Source of the DNA: a virus
Direction: 5' to 3' (one strand)
Virus record (IMG/VR): IMGVR_UViG_3300036772_000425
Span: 202,924 to 266,923 of that record
DNA: 64,000 nt
Part shown: one piece after another, positions 1 through 8,721 of the stretch
Position numbering within the stretch: position 1 is the stretch's first letter
How the letters are laid out: each line of letters begins with the position of its first letter
Translations under genes and position numbers: made by a program
Notes under the pieces: model-generated
Told to the model about the DNA's origin: nothing
Database searches by the model: none
Seen by the model: only the letters and a program-made list of their open reading frames with translations

Positions 1-193
1 CACCCGGCAGGGAGCACCACCCGCAACCTTTCCGGGTAGCGTTCGTACTTGCTGGAAGACCAGCTGACGTGCCGGTACTCCTCCTTGATGTCCAGGAACT
101 GGTGCAGCCCCCTGTTCCGGCTCTCATCGTAGAGGGAGAACGTCCAGTCGGACGTGATCCGCAGCTGATCTCCGTTGGTGGGAACGTAGAGCC

Positions 194-442
194 TCACTCC
201 TGCACATCCTTCGAAGGGTTGACCTTCGTGCTGGCATGGTCAGGCCAGCGTTCGAGCACGTACGACTGCATTGAAGCGTGCATCTCCCTGACATCTGCCG
301 CCCATACCTGCTGCTCGGAGGTGCCGTAGGAGGCAAGCTTGGCTATGACCACGTGGGCATGGTCCGCCATCACCTCAGACAAGCAAGATCGTGGGTAGTT
401 CCGATGGCGCTTCCCGCACCGGGGGCAGGATCGGAGACTCAC
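194..442 (-). CDS. hypothetical small protein with CPRCG zinc-ribbon-like motif
   Basis: 82-aa ORF; CxxC motif near N-terminus; 4-nt overlap with downstream ORF. Confidence 0.3.
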   Translation of the reverse strand: MSLRSCPRCGKRHRNYPRSCLSEVMADHAHVVIAKLASYGTSEQQVWAADVREMHASMQSYVLERWPDHASTKVNPSKDVQE

Positions 443-630
443 CCGTCATCCCTGCCGTCGGCTCGGCCGCGACGGTAGCTCTGGTTGAAGGCTGCCTGCA
501 ACCGGAACAGGTCTGCACAGCTCAACTTGTGCAACACCTCCATCACCTTGTCGTCGAAGGCCTCACCTCCGCGGGTTTCATCTTCGATCGCAGAGATGAT
601 GGTGTCCTTCTTCGGATGATTTCCCAACAT
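439..630 (-). CDS. hypothetical protein
   Basis: 63-aa ORF with protein-like composition in dense minus-strand array. Confidence 0.3.
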   Translation of the reverse strand: MLGNHPKKDTIISAIEDETRGGEAFDDKVMEVLHKLSCADLFRLQAAFNQSYRRGRADGRDDG

Positions 631-633
631 GCC

Positions 634-918
634 CTACGGTACCTTCCGTGAGGCTGTCCTTGCACACTTCGGGCAGCGCCAACCCATCGGCGCCGTCAGG
701 GTGGGCCCATCGACGTTGATCCAACCCTGCTTCTTCAGGAAGGTCACGGTCTCCACCACGTCACCGTGACCCTCGTATTGGTAGGAGCACGCCCCGCAGG
801 TGCACCTGGTGTAGGGCTCCCAGCAGGTGCTGCAGTCCCATGTCTGCAGCCATCCACGGGCATCTCGAGAATTCGGGAACCCGGTGCTGTGGTGGTCTTC
901 GGTCGACGATTCATCCAT
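634..918 (-). CDS. Cys-rich hypothetical protein
   Basis: 94 aa; multiple Cys pairs (CTCGAC, CPKC). Confidence 0.4.
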   Translation of the reverse strand: MDESSTEDHHSTGFPNSRDARGWLQTWDCSTCWEPYTRCTCGACSYQYEGHGDVVETVTFLKKQGWINVDGPTLTAPMGWRCPKCARTASRKVP

Positions 919-1152
919 TGTCCTGTGACCTCCGGGCCCACGGAACCCCGAACCCGATGCTGAAGTTGAAGGGTCCGCACAGGAGCCAGAAGGTCTGTCC
1001 CTCGGACCGAATTCGGTACACGGTGAGCAGGCTACCCCGGCGCCAGCGCGTCAACTGCTGCACCCTGACCTTGTGAAGCACACCATGGATGGCCTCACCC
1101 GGGACGTCCACCGTGTCCCAGCGCCACGTCCACCATCGGTCGGGCTTCTGTT

Positions 1153-1383
1153 TCACCAGTTGGACCATACGACCTCCAGGAAGGGACCGAAGCACAGGTA
1201 CACCAACGACTTGTCGTAGGGCTCGATGTACCGGCCCCACAGCCAGCGCTTGCACTCCACGTCCACGTATCCGTGGGCCGTTTCCTTGCAAACGTCGCGG
1301 TGCTCCGGGTACACGCCCAGGTGGAAGCTGCGCTTCTGCGTATGGATGCTGAGCAGCGCACAGCAATTGATGGTCAGGTCCAT
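1153..1383 (-). CDS. hypothetical protein
   Basis: 76-aa ORF; the true frame across 911-1400 is ambiguous (an overlapping Arg/Pro-rich ORF was rejected). Confidence 0.3.
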   Translation of the reverse strand: MDLTINCCALLSIHTQKRSFHLGVYPEHRDVCKETAHGYVDVECKRWLWGRYIEPYDKSLVYLCFGPFLEVVWSNW

Positions 1384-1394
1384 GTGGGTTTGTC

Positions 1395-1808
1395 TCAGTC
1401 ACCCGAGTCGCATCGGGTCTCAATTTCGTAGACGTAGTACGGGAACGGTGAGGGCCTGTAGGCGTGGCAGGTGTACGGGTTGATCGCAGGGATCCGAACC
1501 GTGAGACCGTCAGGATCGACCTCGGAACACTGGACCATGTCGGTCCCGGAACAGGGTGAATTGCACAGGAGCTTCGCAGGCACGGGTGCGAGCTCACCGT
1601 TCTCTTGGACGAACTTCGCGGAAAATTCCTGGCCCATGCCCAGGGCCCCCGCCGCGAACAGATGCTCCAGATCCTGGATGCTCAAGGCTCGAGTCGAGGT
1701 CACCCTGCGGTATGACGCATGGTAGCACCGACCCAACGCTGCACCGCCCGTGTTCTCCACCAGGAGAGAGGGTCGGGTGTGTCGGTACACGTTCCGGTTC
1801 TCTGACAT
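1395..1808 (-). CDS. hypothetical protein
   Basis: internal Met start (MSENRNVY) chosen; the N-terminal extension in the track is Arg/His-rich and junk-like. Confidence 0.45.
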   Translation of the reverse strand: MSENRNVYRHTRPSLLVENTGGAALGRCYHASYRRVTSTRALSIQDLEHLFAAGALGMGQEFSAKFVQENGELAPVPAKLLCNSPCSGTDMVQCSEVDPDGLTVRIPAINPYTCHAYRPSPFPYYVYEIETRCDSGD

Positions 1809-1846
1809 GGTCCGATTATCGATCGGGCGGGTGACGCGTTGCACCG

Positions 1847-2200
1847 TCAGTACGGTCGACGCTTGTAGCGGCAGTTGATGACGTGGTCTGTGTTCTTCGT
1901 CTGGATCGACTTGATGTTGCACATCGGGATGTAGATCCCGCCGCCCACCGCGCAGGCACCCGTCTTGCCGGAGCTCTCCAACCATGTGGTGAAGTTCGTG
2001 TACCCCGAGTGCACCAGGTGGCCATCATCATCATCGACTTCATCGTAACCAGGACACGACCACCAGTAGTCTCCGTCGAAGGTTCGTTGGTACGTGGCAT
2101 CCTCTGTGGTGATCGTTGCCACCGTCCTGCCGACGTTGACGTCGATGTAGCGTGCAGGGGCGGGCTCGAACCACCCCTTGATGGTGCTCCAGACGCTCAT
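1847..2200 (-). CDS. hypothetical protein
   Basis: 117-aa ORF with protein-like composition. Confidence 0.45.
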   Translation of the reverse strand: MSVWSTIKGWFEPAPARYIDVNVGRTVATITTEDATYQRTFDGDYWWSCPGYDEVDDDDGHLVHSGYTNFTTWLESSGKTGACAVGGGIYIPMCNIKSIQTKNTDHVINCRYKRRPY

Positions 2201-2203
2201 GGA

Positions 2204-2752
2204 TCAGGTTTCCTTTCCGGTGAGACCGAAGAGCATGGTCTTCAACGATGCCTCGTCAGTGTCAGATTCCAACATGGGGAACCGCAGGTCGGTCAGCATC
2301 CGTCGTACCCCCTGGTCGACGCCGCGGGCCTCTTCTTCCGTCTGGTACCGTCCGGCCGCAACGTACTCCTTGGAGCGCTTCAGGAACACGTGCCTGTGAA
2401 CGTGCCCGTCCTCCGCCGCCTGCCGGTAGTACGCCAGGGTCAAGGTCCGGACCCCCTCTGACACGGAGAGAGGGCAGTACAGCTGGGCGTAGTACATCCC
2501 CATCAGCACCGGAGAGTCGGTGACGATCCAATCGACCTTCCCGTACAGCATGCTCTCACGACGTGACTGCTTGCCCAGCAAGTAGATCTGATCGTACGTT
2601 CCGACGTGGCGCTTCTCCCAAGCCCAATCCTTGACGTACTCCCTGACCAGCTCCACGTTCTTCCCCTGGGATTTCAGCAGGTAGTACAGGAAGGCCGCCG
2701 AGGTCGATTTCCCGGTGCCTGGGCCACCGTAGCAGTTGATGATCGTGGTCAT
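2204..2752 (-). CDS. P-loop NTPase, dNMP-kinase-like
   Basis: Walker A GGPGTGKST near the N-terminus; pattern resembles T4 gp1-type dNMP kinases; start set at MTTIIN. Confidence 0.55.
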   Translation of the reverse strand: MTTIINCYGGPGTGKSTSAAFLYYLLKSQGKNVELVREYVKDWAWEKRHVGTYDQIYLLGKQSRRESMLYGKVDWIVTDSPVLMGMYYAQLYCPLSVSEGVRTLTLAYYRQAAEDGHVHRHVFLKRSKEYVAAGRYQTEEEARGVDQGVRRMLTDLRFPMLESDTDEASLKTMLFGLTGKET

Positions 2753-2756
2753 GTTC

Positions 2757-3560
2757 TCAACCTTCCTCGAGGACAAGGTGGCGCTCGATGTAGGCACGGT
2801 CCTGGTTGAACAGCGGGATGTTCAGATGAGCCTCCCACCGCGGTCGTCGGACCGGCTCCGGATCTCCGGGCGCCCATCCCACAGCGGGTGGCTCTGAAAC
2901 GGTTCGGACGATACACGACCCGCGCCGGTACCGAGACGGTAGATCATTCCAGTTTTGGCCCTTCTGGAAGCACATCTCCTGCATCTCGGAACCGTTCTTT
3001 CCGTCGATCTCCTTGTGGGAGTGCAGGGACCGTGCCAGCATCTGGATCGAGTTCCTCGATGCATCCTTCTGTCGCCACAGGAAGTAGTTGCACACCTCCG
3101 ACTCAGGGAGGGTGAACGCTCTGGCATCGAACACAGCTGGCTTGACGTACACGCTGCTGTCGCTGTCGGGCACCTGCTCCCAACCCGTTTCGGCCCACAT
3201 CTTCCAGCTGTTGACGCTGAAGTACGCGGAGGCGGTGCCAGCGGCGATGCTCACCATCTTCTGGACCTGGTTGTCGAACCAGGACTGTGAGTGGAACGTC
3301 TTGTACCCGTGGACGAGCACAGAGATCTCATCCGATTGCGTGTACGCCAGCTGCGCTCCCTGGATCACATCGCACAGGCGCCGGGCGGTGCCGACCATGA
3401 GATCGCTGAACCGCTCGTCGAATGGCTTCTGGGCGCGTTGGGTGTACTGGCTGAACGCCTTCCCATCGACCCTGATGATGACGGGAGAACGTCCGGGCAG
3501 GACGTTCCTGAAGGCACGTTCGTACCCCTTCATCCGTTCGCTGAGCTCACTTTCGGACAT
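2757..3560 (-). CDS. Thg1-like protein (tRNA-His guanylyltransferase family, 3'-5' nucleotidyltransferase)
   Basis: IIRVDGKAFSQY and TQSDEISVLV blocks match Thg1 RLDGRNFH/GQSDEYSFVF; WRQKD block matches SWRQAD; start at internal Met, ATGA overlap with upstream gene. Confidence 0.8.
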   Translation of the reverse strand: MSESELSERMKGYERAFRNVLPGRSPVIIRVDGKAFSQYTQRAQKPFDERFSDLMVGTARRLCDVIQGAQLAYTQSDEISVLVHGYKTFHSQSWFDNQVQKMVSIAAGTASAYFSVNSWKMWAETGWEQVPDSDSSVYVKPAVFDARAFTLPESEVCNYFLWRQKDASRNSIQMLARSLHSHKEIDGKNGSEMQEMCFQKGQNWNDLPSRYRRGSCIVRTVSEPPAVGWAPGDPEPVRRPRWEAHLNIPLFNQDRAYIERHLVLEEG

Positions 3561-3946
3561 CAGTTCATCTCCTTCAGCTGCTTGGGTGTCACGACAGGGT
3601 CCACTTCTGAGGGTTGCACCAGCGGTGCATTCCCCATGCTCCAGGTGCATGCAGCGGAGGCGCTGACCACGATGCTCCAGAACCGACCGTCGATCCTGTT
3701 GATCACGTCGACCACCTCCGCCCTGATCCCGATCGCTGAGTACTCATTGCGCTCCATGTCGTTCCGCGGAGCACGGGTGATCGACATGGCGATGATGCAC
3801 GATGGTCCCTCGTTGTAGCGGGTGATCAACGCTCGTCCCAACGGACCGACCGTGTACCCTCGCCTGATCAGCTTGGCGACCAGGCGCTCCGCAACATCAT
3901 CGCTGTTCGCCACGATCCAGGCGTAGTACGTTTGAACATCAGCCAT
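3560..3946 (-). CDS. hypothetical protein
   Basis: 128 aa; translationally coupled (ATGA) to the Thg1-like gene. Confidence 0.5.
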   Translation of the reverse strand: MADVQTYYAWIVANSDDVAERLVAKLIRRGYTVGPLGRALITRYNEGPSCIIAMSITRAPRNDMERNEYSAIGIRAEVVDVINRIDGRFWSIVVSASAACTWSMGNAPLVQPSEVDPVVTPKQLKEMN

Positions 3947-3949
3947 GCA

Positions 3950-4237
3950 TCACCTCAATTCGCAACCATACTTGGCTGCGTTCTCTTTGACCTCGTCCAT
4001 GTCCTTCAGGTTCATGGCGATGAGACGATCGTCACGCCAGCTCCTGGACCCGTACAGGTGGTACTTCACCACGAGCGCAGAATTCGGATCTTGGTACACG
4101 GTTTGACCCACGTAGCAGTACGAGATCCTACCGTCAGCCGTCACAACCTTCATGATCGGGTACCCAATGGCCACCACCATCATCAGGATGAAAGCCATCA
4201 GACCGACGGCACGCACCTTTTCAGAGAAGGTTTCCAT
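3950..4237 (-). CDS. small membrane protein
   Basis: hydrophobic stretch LMAFILMMVVAIGYPIM predicts one TM helix. Confidence 0.5.
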   Translation of the reverse strand: METFSEKVRAVGLMAFILMMVVAIGYPIMKVVTADGRISYCYVGQTVYQDPNSALVVKYHLYGSRSWRDDRLIAMNLKDMDEVKENAAKYGCELR

Positions 4238-4270
4238 GGGTGAGCATCCTACAACGGATGCTCACGGTGG

Positions 4271-4519
4271 TCAAGTTGGCATCTTCTGCCAGACCTGCAG
4301 CGGGATCATCTTCAACGCGCTGAGGGCCATGCTGGCGGCTGCGAATGCATCCTGCAGCTCAGCATCATCCTTGATCTCACCCGATGCGACCATGCCCGCG
4401 ATCACCCCCTGGAGGCGCTCGCGGACGCGTTCCTTCTTCATGTAGCCCTTGGAGGCGCTGATCTTCTCAACCTTGGCCTCCAACAGCAGCGCGCGCAGCC
4501 GGCCCACAGAGATCTTCAT
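4271..4519 (-). CDS. hypothetical protein
   Basis: 82-aa ORF. Confidence 0.4.
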   Translation of the reverse strand: MKISVGRLRALLLEAKVEKISASKGYMKKERVRERLQGVIAGMVASGEIKDDAELQDAFAAASMALSALKMIPLQVWQKMPT

Positions 4520-4534
4520 GCTGCTACGTATGGT

Positions 4535-5056
4535 TCAGCTCAGGGTCGACGGAAGCTTAACGCTCTTGACCTTGGCCTTCATGAAGCCACCGTTACCGTC
4601 GGGCACGTCGACCATGGACGCTTCCTCTGCCTCGGAGGCCAGCTCGGCACCGAGCTCTGCCACCTCGCGTCTGACCATGGATCCGCCGCGCGGGGCCTGA
4701 CCAGGCCCCGCTGGCTTCTTGATGATGTCCAACGGGTCCTTTGCACGTGTCTCATGGCCCGTGGGGTACCATTGGCGCGCCTTCCCCACGGCCTGGTCGA
4801 TTCTCTGGCTGATGGCCTTCGTGGTCCTGTCGATGAGCACGGTGCGGACCTCGTCCGCTGATTCAAAGATCTCACCGTCAACATCGTGCAGGTCGAACAC
4901 CTTGCTCGGGTCCGAACCGCAGACACGGTACGTGGTGAGCTCGCCCTCCAGCGATTTCTCGACAGAGATCTTGACCACGTGCATCGGGTAGATCTGCGCC
5001 TCTTTTCGGAGGACCACGTACAGGATCTGTCCCAAGGAGTAGGAGCCGGTGTTCAC
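4535..5056 (-). CDS. hypothetical protein
   Basis: 173-aa ORF with protein-like composition. Confidence 0.5.
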   Translation of the reverse strand: MNTGSYSLGQILYVVLRKEAQIYPMHVVKISVEKSLEGELTTYRVCGSDPSKVFDLHDVDGEIFESADEVRTVLIDRTTKAISQRIDQAVGKARQWYPTGHETRAKDPLDIIKKPAGPGQAPRGGSMVRREVAELGAELASEAEEASMVDVPDGNGGFMKAKVKSVKLPSTLS

Positions 5057-5349
5057 TCGCCGCTCTCCGATCGTTCGATTCGGAACACGTCCAGCGGCGG
5101 TGACGAGGAGGCGGTGACCACGAAGTCAGGTGCACCGCCGTCCAACGGGATCCTTGCCTTCTTGCATAGGGAAGCCACGTTGGTCCACAGTTCCGCCTCT
5201 GCAGCGGAACGCTCCTCGAGACCAGCGAGCCCCTGGCTCAGGGTGCACCGTTCCTCACGAGGAAGGAGGACCGCCATGAGATCGCGGACATGGATCAGCT
5301 GCTCTCGGGTCAGCTCGAGGTGATGAAGCTTCTTCGGTTTGCTGGGCAT
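5053..5349 (-). CDS. hypothetical protein
   Basis: 98 aa; 4-nt overlap with downstream gene. Confidence 0.45.
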   Translation of the reverse strand: MPSKPKKLHHLELTREQLIHVRDLMAVLLPREERCTLSQGLAGLEERSAAEAELWTNVASLCKKARIPLDGGAPDFVVTASSSPPLDVFRIERSESGE

Positions 5350-5370
5350 ACCTGATCCTACTCCTTCCGC

Positions 5371-5661
5371 TCAGGAGAGTGCAGGATCCCGCAGTGCCTC
5401 CAGGAAGGTGTCGTACGCATCACGTCGTGCAACGTTCGACTCGATCTTCAGGACAGCGAGGGCCATCTTCAGCGTCTTCATGTCGAGACGATTCGAGTAC
5501 TCCTCGATGATCTCCTTCCGATCCTCCTTCAGGGTCTCGACCTCGTCGTCGACCCGTTGGATCTTCTCCGTGAATTCATGGACGAGCGCCTTGAGGGCGT
5601 TCAGCTCGTCGGGTTGCAGGTCAGCGATCGCAGGTGCTTCATTCTTGGATTTACGTGCCAT
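5371..5661 (-). CDS. DUF2312/GapR-like small DNA-binding protein (tentative)
   Basis: 96 aa; amphipathic helices with a pattern resembling Caulobacter GapR (EKIQRVDDEVETLKEDRKEI / LDMKTLKMALAVLK / DAYDTFLEAL). Confidence 0.45.
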   Translation of the reverse strand: MARKSKNEAPAIADLQPDELNALKALVHEFTEKIQRVDDEVETLKEDRKEIIEEYSNRLDMKTLKMALAVLKIESNVARRDAYDTFLEALRDPALS

Positions 5662-5701
5662 GTTGCAGAACGTACACCGCCGGTGCTACCATGTTCAGGT
5701 G

Positions 5702-6802
5702 CTACATGGCCTTGATCTTACCGATCGTGTCATGGTACGCCTGGACGTAGGGACTGCTGGTGGGCACCCCACCGTCAGTGGCCTGCTTCACCTGAGCCTC
5801 CAGGTTCTTCAGGTAGAATGATTTCATGCTCTCCTTGGTGCTCTTCAGGATCGCCTGTTCGAATTTCTGGCGGTCCTGCTGGGGCACCTGCTGCAGCTTG
5901 TCGAGCCCCTGGAGCTTCGCTTTTGTCTTGCTCTGCAGGTCCTGCAGTGTCCGAGCCGACATCACGGCCTTCGCTCGGTCCAGGACATCCTTCAGGCTGG
6001 CCTGCACGGCCGCTCGACCCTGCGATTCCATCTGTTTGACGAGCTGGTTGTCCTCGATCATGGCGTGCAGCTTCTTGCTGCTGAACAGCTTCGCCAGGTC
6101 GGCTCCCTCTGACCCACCCTCTGACGCTTCCCTGACCACACCTTCGTAGTAGTCGATACCGGCTCCGATGGGCCCGAGCTCGCCCTTCTTGTGATGGTAG
6201 TTGGCACGGCCGAAACCTCCGACATGACCGTGAGAACGGTGCTGATCGTGTCCCTGGTTGTGCCTGTTCTTGATCCGGTGCACCACATCGTCCGTGCGGC
6301 CACCCGTCAGGGTGCTCAGCATGCCCAACAGCGCATCCGGAGCCTTTCGTGCAAACCCGATGGTGAAAAAGGCTGCTGGTGCGTAGAAGAACGCGGCGAC
6401 AAGGACATCGTTGTCCAGGAAGGCGTCCCAGTTCGACTTGTAGACCTCTGAGTACTCCTGCTTGATCTTCTGCAGGGCGTGGCGCTCCTGGTCGAAGATC
6501 TGCTTGTAATCATCCCGCAGGATCGGGATGATTGTGGTGGCGATCGTCTCGAACGCGGTCCGGACCAACGTCTGCGCCTTGACGCTGAGCTCCTTGGTCT
6601 TTCCGATGGTGGTGTTGACGACATCGGCGAACGGCTTGATGAAGATGTTGTACAGATCGTTGCCCGATCCGTAGTGCACCCCGTAGGGGCTCATCGACAT
6701 GCCGGTTGAGATGAGATCGTAGGCTCCGTAGCCGCCATGATCACCCTCCTCCGACAGGAGGGTGCGCACGTACTCCTTCAGCAGCTCACGTTCTGACGGC
6801 AT
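5702..6802 (-). CDS. hypothetical protein (366 aa)
   Basis: long ORF with good composition and a His-rich internal segment. Confidence 0.55.
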   Translation of the reverse strand: MPSERELLKEYVRTLLSEEGDHGGYGAYDLISTGMSMSPYGVHYGSGNDLYNIFIKPFADVVNTTIGKTKELSVKAQTLVRTAFETIATTIIPILRDDYKQIFDQERHALQKIKQEYSEVYKSNWDAFLDNDVLVAAFFYAPAAFFTIGFARKAPDALLGMLSTLTGGRTDDVVHRIKNRHNQGHDQHRSHGHVGGFGRANYHHKKGELGPIGAGIDYYEGVVREASEGGSEGADLAKLFSSKKLHAMIEDNQLVKQMESQGRAAVQASLKDVLDRAKAVMSARTLQDLQSKTKAKLQGLDKLQQVPQQDRQKFEQAILKSTKESMKSFYLKNLEAQVKQATDGGVPTSSPYVQAYHDTIGKIKAM

Positions 6803-6814
6803 CGCTCCTAAGTA

Positions 6815-7240
6815 TCAGCCCAGCAACCGGAGGGCGCCCGCGATCAAGGTCCGTTGGTACGATACGATCTCCGGCAGTTGGGAGATCGGGAACCACCGTG
6901 CGTCGGCAACCTCGTTGTCAGGATCATCGTGCTTGGGCTCATGGTCACCCACCGGACGTGCGAGCCATGACATCACGGTCTTCACCTCGTGGCGGGAAGT
7001 GAATGTGACGGGCGGCAGCGCCTGGCCCAGCTCGATCAGGACACCTGTCTCCTCTTTGACCTCTCGCCGGGCTGTGTCCTCGAACGCCTCACCTGGGTTG
7101 ACGTGACCCTTGGGGATTCCCCAACGATCCCGTCCCTTGAACTGCTGAATCAGCAGGATCGCGGGTCCAGCCTCGGTCGCACGCCAGGTCACAGCACCGC
7201 ATGAGGTCACGCGGACGCGCTCCTTGTTCTTCGTCACCAT
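6815..7240 (-). CDS. NUDIX hydrolase
   Basis: Nudix box GHVNPGEAFEDTARREVKEETGV (GX5EX7REUXEEXGU). Confidence 0.8.
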   Translation of the reverse strand: MVTKNKERVRVTSCGAVTWRATEAGPAILLIQQFKGRDRWGIPKGHVNPGEAFEDTARREVKEETGVLIELGQALPPVTFTSRHEVKTVMSWLARPVGDHEPKHDDPDNEVADARWFPISQLPEIVSYQRTLIAGALRLLG

Positions 7241-7252
7241 GTTCCATACAAT
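7224..7252 (+). promoter_or_regulatory. sigma70-like promoter candidate (TTGTTC-N17-TACAAT) upstream of the NMNAT-like gene
   Basis: -35 TTGTTC at 7224-7229, 17-nt spacer, -10 TACAAT at 7247-7252; GGAGG RBS 10 nt before the ATG at 7281. Confidence 0.4.
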
Positions 7253-7280
7253 ACCCCTGGTCGCAGGAGGTGAGCAATTG

Positions 7281-7811
7281 ATGAAGATCGGTTTGATCGC
7301 TGGCGGTTACAAGCCCCTTCACCGGGGACATTTCTGCATGATCCAGATGGCTGCAGCAGAGTGCTCCACCGTCCGGGTGTTCGCATCGAAGAGCGACCGA
7401 TGCAGGAAGGGGGAGCGAAGCATCTCAGGCCACGACATGGTGATGCTATGGGACAGGACGTACCGCAACATCATGCCGTCCAACGTCCGGGTCACCTTCA
7501 GCGAACAATCACCGATCCGTGATGTTTGGGACGCGCTGGGCAACCCGGACGAGGGTTGCAGCTACACCGTGTACTCAGACCCGACAGACCTCACCCACAA
7601 CTTCCCGAACGACAGGTTGCTGCGGTACTGTCCGAAGCTCCTCGACGAGGGTCGTGTTCACCTCAAGGCAGTCGACCGCACCTCCACCGTCGACGTGAGC
7701 GGGACCATGATGCGCCGGCTCCTGGACGAGGGCGATCGGGTTGGGTTCACCGCCATGCTGCCCGACGGGGTCGACTGCGACCTGATCTGGAACACCCTGT
7801 TGGGCACCTGA
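7281..7811 (+). CDS. nucleotidyltransferase of the NMNAT/cytidylyltransferase superfamily
   Basis: (H/T)xGH motif GGYKPLHRGH near the N-terminus; SxT-like VSGTMMRRL near the C-terminus; start at MKIGLI with RBS. Confidence 0.7.
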   Translation: MKIGLIAGGYKPLHRGHFCMIQMAAAECSTVRVFASKSDRCRKGERSISGHDMVMLWDRTYRNIMPSNVRVTFSEQSPIRDVWDALGNPDEGCSYTVYSDPTDLTHNFPNDRLLRYCPKLLDEGRVHLKAVDRTSTVDVSGTMMRRLLDEGDRVGFTAMLPDGVDCDLIWNTLLGT

Positions 7812-8663
7812 CCGCAACAGGTTTTCAACGTACTCACGACGCAGCCGGTACTTGGGCTCGAACCGGGTGATGCTGTACAGCGAGAAGGCCAGGTCGTAGT
7901 CGGACGCAGGGACGTGGATGTACCCTGCGTCGACCGCGCAGAAGATCCCCACGTTGTACGCCCCCAGGACGACAGACGGCACCAGGGATTGTTGGATCTG
8001 GGATCGAAGGCTGGGATCGAAGGACACGTACACCTTGTTGACCGACACCTCACCCTCTTCCAGGAAGGACCAAGTTTCCGCTGACAGCTGATCCTCCGTC
8101 CATGTCCGGGCCAACGTTCTGAACAATCGTCCCCAGTGCTTTCTGCCTCCCTGCCGCGAGCTCAACAAGCACTCCTTGCCGACGAACTTGACCTCCCCAT
8201 ACGGGGTGTCGTTGTGGTCCAGCGTGGGGGTCGGATCCAAGCCTAAACGGATCCGGATCTCTCTTTCCCACCGACCCTCGTAGGCCATCACGGGTGCATG
8301 CGAGCAGTTCATCGTACGTTCTTCATTGCTGAAGATCCCGCCCAGCCTCGGATCACTTTCCCTGGTGTGGGCCACCAGGCCCACAAGCTCTTCCAGGTTG
8401 AAGCATTTCAACGCTTCGGGTTCAGCTGCCACCATGCCTGAACGTCTGCTCTCTAGGTCATCCAATGCTCGTTGGGCCCTTTCAAGTGACCTTTCATCCG
8501 CCCTTGTTGGGATCTGACGGCTCTTGGACCGACCTACGTTCATCTCCTGCTTGGAACCGATGGTGCGCGCTAGCCGTTCTACCTCGTCGTGGAGACGAAG
8601 GATCTCGGCATCCATCGGAACAATGACGGAGATGAACGCAGGGGCCTGCGTGAATTCATCCAT
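7575..8663 (-). CDS. hypothetical protein; 3' ~235 nt overlap convergent NMNAT gene
   Basis: ORF track 7575..8771; the start is set at the internal MDEFTQ; the C-terminal ~70 aa look like a low-complexity readthrough antisense to the NMNAT gene. Confidence 0.4.
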   Translation of the reverse strand: MDEFTQAPAFISVIVPMDAEILRLHDEVERLARTIGSKQEMNVGRSKSRQIPTRADERSLERAQRALDDLESRRSGMVAAEPEALKCFNLEELVGLVAHTRESDPRLGGIFSNEERTMNCSHAPVMAYEGRWEREIRIRLGLDPTPTLDHNDTPYGEVKFVGKECLLSSRQGGRKHWGRLFRTLARTWTEDQLSAETWSFLEEGEVSVNKVYVSFDPSLRSQIQQSLVPSVVLGAYNVGIFCAVDAGYIHVPASDYDLAFSLYSITRFEPKYRLRREYVENLLRSGAQQGVPDQVAVDPVGQHGGEPNPIALVQEPAHHGPAHVDGGGAVDCLEVNTTLVEELRTVPQQPVVREVVGEVCRV

Positions 8664-8721
8664 CTGTTCCTCCTGCGTGGGATGATCCCCACCCGCAGAA
8701 GGTACGATCCCGGATCCCGAA

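Noticed and set aside
911-1597. 228-aa minus-strand ORF, Arg/Pro/Gly-rich
   Set aside because: The composition is typical of an off-frame translation of high-GC coding DNA. It overlaps more protein-like ORFs in other frames.
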